64,000 nt of DNA from Mytilus californianus (lineage: Eukaryota), in NCBI RefSeq assembly GCF_021869535.1, contig NW_026262668.1, forward strand, positions 930,001-994,000, written 5' to 3'. This document shows positions 50,361-62,300 of the stretch, in pieces. The position numbers were made by a program, and so were the translations under genes. The notes beneath the pieces were generated by a model. That model was not told the DNA's origin and did no database searches. It was given only the letters and a program-made list of their open reading frames with translations. The first letter of the stretch is position 1, and each line of letters begins with the position of its first letter.

Positions 50361-53300
50361 GTCTTTAACAAATCTGTATATCTTGATGTGAGTTGTTATA
50401 TCTAAATAAGTAATCAATAGATTTTAGATAATAAATGAATAATATGCGATGTTAATTGTACGATTGTTAGGTGGTACAATGGTAAACAACCAGGGAGGAT
50501 TCGACCCTAATACAGGATCATATCAACCAAATAAAGGACAACAAGCAACATCGGGGAAGTATCAGTATGCTGGGTTCTCACCAGACCAAATTAAAGGATT
50601 TGGTAAGTAAAACGTATTTAAAGTTTGCTAGGTACATTGTACATGTCATGTATTAACTCAAGAACCTAACACCGTCACGTTTATGGAAGGATTGATTTTT
50701 TTCACTTGCATTTTTGGGTCTAGCATGACACCCGCACAGACGGGGGCCTGAAATATACTGCATTTTTTCATTAATTCTGGTGTTTTTTAGGATGTATGTT
50801 CATGCAATCAATCCGTTGATGAATTGTACTATAATAGTGTTTTCATTATTTGTTCATGATATATTTAGGTAAAGACACTGGTATGAACAATGGTGATGGC
50901 GGGTGCTGCGACACTTCTGGTAAATGTAAGTATATCTCATTTTAGCTCATTCCACTGATGACATTTCAATCTTGTATGTCGAATGTGGAACTTCAGCTCT
51001 TGTCTTAACGTGACCTCAGCATATTAGCGAATGTTCAAAGCAATTTTGTTTGTCTATAAAGATGTAAGTCAAGATAATGGAACTCATTAAGTCGAACTTT
51101 ATAGAAACAACAAAATAAATCATAAAGATACGCAATTGACTTGAGTGAAAAAAATGAAAATCGATTCTTGAAGATCTTTACCATGTAGAATTGCTGTTTG
51201 AACAGACTTATTTTGCTACAGAATTGTATTTTTATTGTTATCTTTAAAAGCTGTAAAAGCATGTATTTTTTGCCTAGCTAAATGCCACATGTGAGTAAGA
51301 TCAGATGCAGAAACTTATAACTTATTCTCTTCATCCTGAAGACACTCTTAAAAGCCCAGAAAGACTACATTTTCTACATGTTTTGATTTCCTATGAGGGT
51401 TTTACAATTAAGCAGAAGTTGTAGCATGTAGTTCCTGTAACAAAGGGTATTCTAAGTTCACATGGTGCTGCTTCTATGACTTTCTGTTTCATTTCAATGG
51501 ATGTGGTAGCTGGTCTACGATAAGCAATAACATGCAGGGTATAAGTTTGAGATCAATGCATCCCTTCTGTAGAATGATTGCATGCAAGTGTTAACGGGTC
51601 ATCTCATATATATACTTTGGGAAAGGATGGTTTGACTACCAAACCAACCATAGCGTACATCGATTGCGCTTGAAAACATGGGGAAGGGTGTAAACGGTTT
51701 ATGGATTTGAACAGGAGAGAACAACAAAATTGGTTCTCTTTGTATGAAATGTATATTACAAGTAGCCAATAAGTCAACGATAGACAACTACATAAGATGC
51801 ATATCCTGTAAGAAGAACCAACAACATACTGTATTGTTAGATAATCATGATGTTCAAACCTCTGAAAAACCCTTATAGTTAAAAAATGTCGAGAAAAGCT
51901 TATCAACATCTTTAGATGCATTGCCATATATGCACACAACATAAGAACATTGCATATACTGCTTAGAAATTAATGGGACGTAAAACTAAATCCAAGTCAT
52001 GTTAGTGAGAGTACCCTACTTTTTTGGTTAGAAGCTGGTACGAAAAATAGCTTCTCAGTGATGAATTGTTATGCTAAGTTACATGATTGAAAACTACTTT
52101 ATATCTGAGAACTTTTAAGCAGTCGTTGAAACATAAAATGATATTCAAAATGAAAGTCTTGCATGCAATACCAAGTAACATGAACACACATCTTAAAATG
52201 AATTTGAAAACTCACGTAACAGAATTCGACCGTAAAACTAAGCTTAGTTTAATATAGTCAGGATCGTCTACTTTTTTGCCAATCGTCAGATTCTTCCATA
52301 TCTATTCCATAAGTTGAATGTCTGTAAGTCACAAAGGGGATAAGAAATCGAGACTGAACCGTGAGTGAAAACATAACATAAATCCGTGAACTGAAAGAGT
52401 GACCTACATTTGTTCGAAATAACTGGGCTTGTTTACACAGTTATTCAAAGTTCTAGAAATGTTGCAATTGCACATTAATGTACGTGGTTTATGTAAACCT
52501 GTGCAACAGTAGTTTCAATGAACACTAATTGTGAATGCACAATTTGACAAAAATGTTACTGCAGTAACCTCTATAAACGTCGCTATTGTCCCTTTAAACG
52601 ATTTATAAAAAAAACTGTCTTTGTATATAAAAAAGCCCGTTCAGTTTGTACGATAGTCCAGGACGTGCGCCACAGCTTCTAACGTGAATACCTTGATTGA
52701 TTGTTGCTGGTTACAAGTAAGTTATTTAAAAAATGTTGTCTATATGTAAAGGTTGAAGTAATCTCTTGTACAGTTTTACGGATGCCATTGTGATAAAGTT
52801 CAACGTTACGGAATATCTAAATCACAGATGTCCACGGATATGTTCCACTTGCGGAAATTAGTTTGGTTCCACTAGTGGAGCTAGAACTATTTACCGAGGT
52901 TTTTTTTAAGTTGACTCGTGTTGTTTTTGCCTTAGTTTTTAGTGGTGTATTTTGTGCTATTTTAGATATGACTGTCTGTTAGTTTTACTGGTAACAGTCT
53001 ATCCTTTTTCTGCTAAACCGTGTTTTCTTTTCAAAGTTGACAAGCAATGGTTTAAACATTTTTGGTGTCTTAGGGTTAGACAAAAGACATTCGTCAATCC
53101 CTGATACAAGTCATCAAGACGACCCTTCCGAAGCACCTGTGCTCATGTCCCGACTTCCAGTCCATTTAATGGTGTTCAATCTTTAGTTTTATGGACTGTT
53201 TTGGCTATGGTACATGTATTATCTGTCTTTCTTCAACAGATAGTTTTTATACTCTTAAAATCATCTCCCACATTTTGTACTTACTACAAAATCAACACAA

Positions 53301-56300
53301 AGGATTCTAGAAATATAATTTAATGTGTATCATGTTTTTCTTCAGCCAAAAATATGGGATGGCAAAGTACAGGCGATGGCAGCTTGAAAGGTTGGGCTGG
53401 TAGCAACGGAAATCCTGGAGCAAACTCTCATGGTTGGGTATCAGAAAACGGCGGCAAAAGTGGCGGTGTAGCAGGAGTTATTAAAGATGCAGCCAAGGCT
53501 GCAGTAGAATCAGCAGCTCAGATGGCAAAGGCAGCAGGTAGAAATATTTATATTCTTCTATCGCTAAATATTTTTTTTATATTATTAAGATCTATTCTAT
53601 GTGATTGACTTTTTATAACACGACAAAAATCTTCAAAAGACATCATAATGAAACAAGGGCCAAAAAGAAATCCCTTGAAAAAATGAAAACAACACGTTAT
53701 AAATTTCATGAGTCCGAAGCGCTATTGTGGATTTGCCTTCACCAGGAACGCTCAATGCCAAATATTTGAAAGCAAAAGATGTATTAAGTTGAAAAAAATA
53801 AAAAGCTATATAACCAATAATGACCTAAAATTAATAATCAGTAACGAACCTTTTCTTCCACTTAAGAATGACATGTATTTGTATTTAGTGACGGAAAAAG
53901 GATGAAAATTATATGCATATGGAGTTGTTAAAAGTTTTCCCCCTATTTTTCCATTTAATATTTCCCCCTTTTATATTTCCATATATTTTTTAAATGTTAA
54001 CAAAAAGTTGTTGTCTGTTGTTAAAGAAACATTCTGCACACCCGGCTATTTGAGTCTTTGCTCCATTTTCCAGTAATAATAAACACAGAAACTCTATAGC
54101 CAGGGGCGGATCAAGGATTTTTGAAAGGGGAGGGGCATAATTCGACAAAACTGTATATAAACTGAAAAAAATGAACTATTGTATGCTACGAAATCATATT
54201 AATCGTGCGAAACATGAAATTTAAAAAAACCATTGTGATCAAAGGATATCCATCACTGATAGCCAGTCTTTTACTATAAGTGATTGCCAGGTCTTACCAT
54301 TACGATACTAGACATACCAGTAAAAGTCAGAGAATATTCATTTATTAAAAACAATCCTAGTTCTGAAAATGTTTGTATTCAAAGTATGCTGACAAACAGT
54401 AATCTATCAAATACCGATTGTATTTCCGCTGTAACAGTTACCTAACATTTCAACTTGGTTTTTGTAAAATCGCGTGCTATTTGCCAATCAAAATAGCATC
54501 ACGCAATAACCTCTTTACCAGAGAAATATGAATTTGCTATGCTGATAACATGGTTTACATCCCATTTCTCCAAAGGCTTTTGTTTTCAATCCAAATTCAG
54601 AGAAAACACCTTTAGACGTACAGATTTCATTTTCCATTTTGATGTCAAATCCATGTTTCTTCAAATCATAAAATAAGCAATTGGAAACAGACAGTGCTTG
54701 GTCTTTGTTGTCGGCCTTTAGAAGAAGTACAGGTGGAGCATCTTCGATAAACTCAATTGCTTTATCATCTTGAATACCCTCAATTTCATTCAAGTCGCGT
54801 GGAAATAAACCGTCCAGATCATCTATAGGCGCAGGGATTTTTAATACATGGTGTTTTTCACTGCAATACACGTAATCAGGTGCCGGCTCTTCTTCTTCCT
54901 GCAGTGAAAGTAAATATACTATTGTTTGTCCATGTGCTGTAGCTTTCACGAAATCACGTGCTTCTTTTATCATCTTTTCCTTAATTTCCATGTAATTTGG
55001 AACTGGGTCAGGTCTGTCACCGCAAAATGGAAATATTGGTGGCAACTTCATTATCTTATCGCGGAGTTCAACAAGCGCAAAATAGTCAGCCTCTCGGAAA
55101 ACTGCAGAAAGAAAATCCTTAGGTGGTAGGTAAGTGCTGTCTCGGAGAAATTCTAAAATATGTTCAAAGTAGTCACCGTTTCTGTCAATGAAATACTGTC
55201 CATCATCGGTCACATCTAATTCATACCGGCCGCTAAACATAGCTCCTAGCATTGATTCCGGATATTTCCTCAATGTTTCAAGCCTTGTTTCAAAATGCCT
55301 ACCACCTACATTAAGTTTCACAACTACAGGAATCTATGAATAAAGAAAAGTATATATACATAACCATCATTGAATGTCAGATTCAGATTGTCTCCCATTT
55401 TGTCATGTAGGGGGCCTTTTATAGCGGACTATATAGTATGGGTTTTGCTCATTGTTGAAGACCGTACGGTGACCTACAGTTGCTTAAATATGATTCTTCT
55501 AGATAGCTTTCTCATTGGCAATCATACCACATCTCCTCTCACACACACACACACAACAAAGAAAAATTGCAACGAACAACTCATAGATTGATGATTGTTT
55601 CATTTGTTTTACTTTGTTTGTTTTTGTTTGATTTTTGTGCGGACACCTGTCTGTTGTTTAACGGTTGTTGTAAGAAGATATTGTTTTCATTTGATTTATC
55701 TTATCACAAAACATATAATCATGTACAGACATTGTGAATATTTCACTTTCAAGATAACGAGATGTTTGCTGAAGAGTCGCTGATTTCGCGTATTAGAAGA
55801 ATTATTTACTAGGGTTTCATGAACACAACAATACACGAAAAACAAATAAGAAAGAAAGGACAATCAAGGGCAAAAACTCTTGAACGGCAAAATGTGAAAT
55901 ATGAATATCAAACTTGACCTCCATCTTGTAATTAGCAAAAGCATACAAACATTTTAAAGCATTGGTTGAAAGGTTCAAAACTTATCAAAATTCAATTTTT
56001 AATTAATCAAGTACCACAACTCTTGAATGGAAAGAGTAAAATGCAAAAGTGAAAATCAACAGTATCGAACTTGACCTCAATCTTGTCATTAGATACAGCA
56101 CATTAAGTTTTAAAAAGTATTTTTTTAGTTTTTTAACACAGATTCCAAGATATTTCACGAAACGAAATCCATTTTCCGATCAAGGACCATAACTCCTGAA
56201 CAGGAATGATGAAAATCGTCTATTTCAATCTTGATTTTGTCTTCAGTAACAATTATTAAATTATGAAATCATTGGTCGATACGTTCACGAGTTTCTGAAA

Positions 56301-59300
56301 GGAAACGACATAAAAGGTTTATTTAAAAAAAACAATCAACAACCATAATTCCTAAACGGCAAATGTGTTAAACCTGTCCCCTAATTTGTTATCAGTAACA
56401 ACATATTTGAATTTAAAAATTATTGGTAGAACGGTTTTCATGAGTTAACGCATGGAAACAGTTGGAGCCTCACACACCCATCGTACAACCCTAAATCAAT
56501 ACATGTAACCAGATTTTTTTATCGAAAAAAAAACCGGTCAAAATTAAAAATTTGTATTTTCAAAAAATATTCTAGATAGAGTCTCTTAATCATGATGAGA
56601 AGCTGCTTTCTAAGTGTCATAAAATTCCATAAAGGTTTTACAAAGTAATTGATGTCTAAATACTAAAATGCCAGACTGTTTGTAAATTGATTTGATTGAT
56701 TTTTGGTGTTTTAACGCCACTTTTAAGCACCGCTTTTGGGCTATTTCGTGGCGGCCAGTTTTTATTGGTGGAGGAAGCCGGAGTGCCCGGAGAAAACCAT
56801 CATCTTCGCTAGCCAAGGGTTACGACCCATTTCCCTCCTCTCCACCCTTGGCAGATTGAGATAGAATTTCGGAGACACAAGGTAATGATTTTCATTGGTT
56901 GCAGTCGAAACTCGCTGCATCCAATCAAAAAGCGCCTATAACATGATCACGTGTAAATCTAGAAAGTGTATGTAAACAATTGCCACGTGCTTATTGTGCA
57001 ACAAGTCTTTACATTCCTAAACATACAACTATATTTAGTGACAATTTGAATGTTTTTCGTCAACTAATAGAGGTTCATGTGTATGTTTCTTGCACAAATG
57101 CATGAATGTCAACGTATATTTTCGTTTCCTGCTTTACCAAGTGTGTAGAATCTAGACGCTATCGTGTTTTTACCTCTAAATTGAGGAGTTCAAGTTCTAC
57201 CATTGGTCTAGAATAATGTATTCGGAATGGGCGTGACTTTAATCTACCGATAGATGGCGCAACATTGTTATTACAAATGTTGCCTTAATCTGCCAAGGGT
57301 GGAGAGGAGGGAAGTGGATCGTTACCCTTGGCTAGCGAAGATGGAAAACCACCGACCTTCGATAGGAAAACTGACAATCCTAGTCAATTAAGATTGGAGT
57401 CGAGTGCACCCACACGAGCGGGGTTCGAACTCACAACCTCAGTGTTGACTGGCTAGTGATTACAGTAGTAACTACTTAGACCACTCGGCCACCGAGCCCC
57501 CCTGTTTGTAAATAAACTGATGATTAAGGCTCTTTTTTACAATGATATGCAATGAATTTCGTTATATTGATATATTGAGGAGACTTGACTTACATTATAT
57601 ATCTTTGGTTTTACGCCTATGTTTTACTGGAGTACTTCTTCTGTGGTATTATTTCTAGTTTATTTTTCCAAATTGAATTTTAAGTAACAATACTTAAAAC
57701 CTAAAGTAGATCTTATATCTTTCAGCAAAAAGTTAACAACAATATTGCCTTATGCTGACGAATTTTTTACTATATGTTTTATTGTAGAGCAACCAAAACT
57801 ATTCTGTTTATATTGTGTAATCAAATCAACTTCACAAATTCAATAATAAATTTGCTCAGATTTGGGCACACTTATAAATATATAAAAAATACATTATGAC
57901 ACACCAGCAGATAGATATCTAGTTCACAAGAAGTCTAGAACTTTTATTGTATTGTATTATTCAAAAACGTTTTAATCAAATCGTTTCATTATTCAAACAC
58001 GCCTAAATTAATCATCGTATTATTCAAACACACCTAATCATTTTATTATTCAAACACACCTAAGCCTTAACGATGACACATTCCTTTTATTCATATTTCA
58101 TATAAGCGAAAAAAAAATTCAGTTTATAAATTACAAAAGTTTGTCTTAAATATGAGAATAGAACCATAATAGAACCTTAACCACTGTTTCTGGTTTGTCA
58201 CAGGGGCGACACTCAAATTATTGGTTTTATAGGATCAGTTTTTAATCGTTCTGAGGAATGTTTAGGTTTGAGTGTGTATATGTGAATATTTGGATTAATT
58301 ATGCTCTGATACGTCATTACTTAAATGTTTTACCTCCTTCTGAGAGTCCGGACACTGTGCGTGCAAAGCCATTTCGTGGTTCAAGTCACACAGTTTACGT
58401 CTGGGGAGAGAAACGAACATACTTCGTGATGATTAGAATGATAGACCGATGAGGATCCAGGTTTTTCGAAAGGGGTGTGGGTGCACAAAAAGGCAACTTT
58501 ATCAATTGTACTTGTAAATAGTCTATACATTAAACATATATGGAGCTACATAAGGGAGCCCGGGCCTCATGCCCTCTCCCCGAACCCGCTTATGATAGAA
58601 GCTTTATAATTGTTTTGTTTGGTGTGAAAACTAACCATGTCTGACATCATGAGTTCTGCATAACATGCAACGAATTATTCTCAAATTTAATGTCCCTTGA
58701 ATTTATTAGAATAAAAGATCAATGATGATTATACTACTGTTACGCGCGTCCTTGATCAAAACGGATTAATTTGCGTAAATCGCAGCAACTTTGGTTGACT
58801 TGGTTGACATTAATCATTATAATTATTTACAAAAAAAAAAGAAAAGGAAAAACTATGACACAGATAAAGAAAGTCCTTTTACTAACTTGTGAAACCTTAT
58901 TAATAACAAAGTTGTTTTTTTTTATTTTTGATAACTGTGTTTTTCCTGAATCAACAAAAAATGTAACCAAAATATATGTAGATCTGTTTACAAATTGTGA
59001 CCTACATACAAATATACTGTTTTAATGTGTACTAGTATTGTGTACAAGGTTTCCATTTCGAATATCTATAAAATGACGTTGTTTGAATGAAAATTTTAAA
59101 ATATTGTAAATACATGGCAATTTTCTTGAAGAATTTGATACAGTTCAACATATTTCAAAATGAAAATGGTAAATAACGTTTTCGGCCTTATTTTTTTGGT
59201 TACGAAATATTTTCATTAAACATGTTAAGCTGGAACATTTTGAATTGTTTTAACTTTTCTTTGGCCTAGAATCAAAGCATTTCAAGGCATTTTATTTAAA

Positions 59301-62300
59301 AGGTAAAGAAAAACAAATAAATAAAATATTTTGCAGTAGAAATTCTAGTGACAAAACATAATTTTCTTTCCAAATGAGGCATTTCAGTGTTTTCGTCTTC
59401 TCATCAATTATAACACTATTAATCAACGTTCTGTTAATATTTAATTCACTTATAAAGACACAATATGTATGATAATAAAACAATATTATGATTTTGTGCT
59501 AAACACTTCGAATGTGAGGACCAGCAGGGTAAATGAGTGTAATCAAGGTATAATAATGATGCTATGTGAACAAAATTCTTGCTTACCATACTAAGAATAT
59601 TTTACTACATACTGGCTGTATATTTGTAACAGGAACACACGGTACTTGGTATATACACCCAAAGAAATCTAAGAAAAAATAGCAACTCATATTCTGCATT
59701 AACTAACATTTCTGAAATGGATTCATTAAGACAAATTCGGAGAGATAATTTCTAAAATGCAAATAATTCGAGAAGGCAGTTCCCACATGGGCATTGATGA
59801 AGGCCATTGGCGTATCCAGGTGGTGTTCCGAAGGTACAAACCCTCCCTTTTTATGAATATATTTTTGTTTTTTGTTTTGTTTTTTAATTATGCGAACGGT
59901 TCATGGTGTTCTGGGGGGTTGGAACCCCCTTTTCAAAATAACTGGATCCGCGCCTGAATACGTCTTAATAAACTAATAATTGTAAAAAAAAATAATTAAA
60001 TATTTTCATAGACAATTTTTTAAAACTTGAACTTTAAGTCTTTATATCAGCAGATATATATATATATATAGTTATATCAAAAGTTCTCTTGACAAGCAAA
60101 ACAACGGTGAACCCGAAATCTTAGTTGTTGAAAATGATAGATTTCGGGAAATGTGTCATGCTAATGACTATCAGGAACAGTCTGTAAAAATTGATGTATT
60201 GAAAGAATATTAGACATTTTGAATACATATTTTCCAGATTTATTTTATCAACATTAACATTTGTTTTTTTTTATCAGAAATAATGATCATGGTCATCGGG
60301 TTGTCTTCTGCTTAAAGTTTTTGATTGCCCTCTTCGTGTTTTCCTTTTTATTAAAAAAGTTTAAGGTTAAAAGCGGGTATGGGTTTTGCTCATTGTTGTC
60401 AAAAGGCTGTACGGTGACCTATAGTAGTTATTTAAACTTCTACGTCATTTGGTCTCTGATGGAGAGTTGTCCAATGACAATCATGATACCACATCTTTTT
60501 ATATCAAATGGCTAAACTTATATTACCTGCAGTTAATGTTTCTATTGATTCTATAATAATCAGAGATAATAATTCTCGATACTTTTGCGAACCTTTCACA
60601 GATAACCTGGCTGTCATTGACGTTGAGTTATATTTGATATATCTTTATTTCAGCCAAAGCACTGGCAAACTGTTTCAATCCTTTGTCTTATGCGATGGCA
60701 TGCCAATTTGTCGTAGATCCAAGAATAACATTAGCACAACAGCACACAGACAACCATACAGATAAAGCTACAGCAATGAAGTCAATGACCACGTGGTGTG
60801 TCGCGCCATCAAACTATTTTACCAAACTTCCACCAAGATCTAGGTACACCGTTAACTCTCATTTTTTTTAAGTATTCGTGGTCTTTCACTGAACAAGTTA
60901 ATATTCCCTTTAGATTTTTTCTTCTTCAAGAATTTAACAATGTAGTTCGCACATGTAACATAAAATTAAACGAACAACTTGAGTACCAGAATAGTACCCT
61001 CTGAAAATCGATATTATGCTTTTTGCTTTTGAGTGTTATGTTAAATAAATAATTTAATTCTTTATGAATGTAAGGGGGCCGCCATTTGATTTTCGGGGAG
61101 AGGGAGAGGTGTGCAGGATGATTTTTTTTTCATCAGTGTTGCCATTGTTTGATTGTAGCTACAAATGTGACAAGTGTCCGACGATGCCCGCACCTGGTGG
61201 TTATGGCTGTCCAAGTTTAACTGTTATGAGGTATATAGAAAAATTAGCAGCCAATGGACCAGTGACGGTAAGTTTCAAATTTCCGCAATCTGATAATAAT
61301 ACAGATTCTGTGTCCTTGCTTCGCTTACAACGAAGTGTTGTCAGATACTTGTAAGTAAAGAGTGCATTTCAATCAGATTGCTTCGTTTACAACGAAGTGT
61401 TGTCAGATACCTGTAAGTAAAGCGTGTATTGCAATCAGATTGCTTCGCTTACAACGAAGTGTTGTCAGATACTTGTAAGTAAAGCGAGTATTTCAATCAG
61501 ATTGTTTCGCTTACAACGAAGTGTTGTCAGATACCTGTATGTAGAGCGTGTATTTCAATCAGATTACTTCGCTTACAACGAAGTGTTGTCAGATACTTGT
61601 AAGTAGAGCGTGTATTTCATTCAGATTGCTTCGCTTACAACGAAGTGTTGTCAAATACTTGTAAGTAAAGCCTGTATTTCAATCAGATTGCTTCGCTTAC
61701 AACGGAGTGTTGTCAGATACTTGTAAGTAGAGCGTGTATTTCAATCAGATTGCTTCGCTTACAACGAAGCGTTGTCAGATACCTGTAAGTAGAGCGTGTA
61801 TTTCAATCAGATTGCTTCGCTTACAACGAAGTGTTGTCAGATACTTGTAAGTAGAGCGTGTATTTCAATCAGATTGCTTCGCTTACAACGAAGTGTTGTC
61901 AAATACTTGTAAGTAAAGCGTGTATTTCAATCAGATTGCTTCGCTTTCAACGAAGTGTTGTCAGATACTTGTAAGTAGAGCGTGTATTTCAATCAGATTG
62001 CTTCGCTTTCAACGAAGTGTTGTCAGATACTTGTAAGTAGAGCGTGTATTTCAATCAGATTGCTTCGCTTACAACGAAGTGTTGTCAGATACTTGTAAGT
62101 AGAGCGTGTATTTCAATCAGTTTGCTTCGCTTACAACGAAGTGTTGTCAGATACTTGTAAGTAAATCGTGTATTTCAATCAGATTGCTTCGCTTACAACG
62201 AAGTGTTGTCAGATACTTGTAAGTAAAGCGTGTATTTTAATCAGATTGCTTCGATAACAACGAAGTGTTGTCAGATACCTGTAAGTTAAGCGTGTATTTC

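Noticed and set aside
59374-59472. Hydrophobic ORF MRHFSVFVFSSIITLLINVLL as a private signal-peptide exon for the peptidase
   Set aside because: There is no plausible phase-1 donor after the hydrophobic stretch to join the 60654 acceptor, and it ends in a stop.
61137-61158. Upstream phase-1 acceptor (catcag|TG) for the second peptidase exon
   Set aside because: It is incompatible with the phase-2 donor at 60843. The acceptor at 61159 restores R-S-S-Y-K-C. The upstream site could only be used if exon 60654-60843 were skipped, which would truncate the domain.
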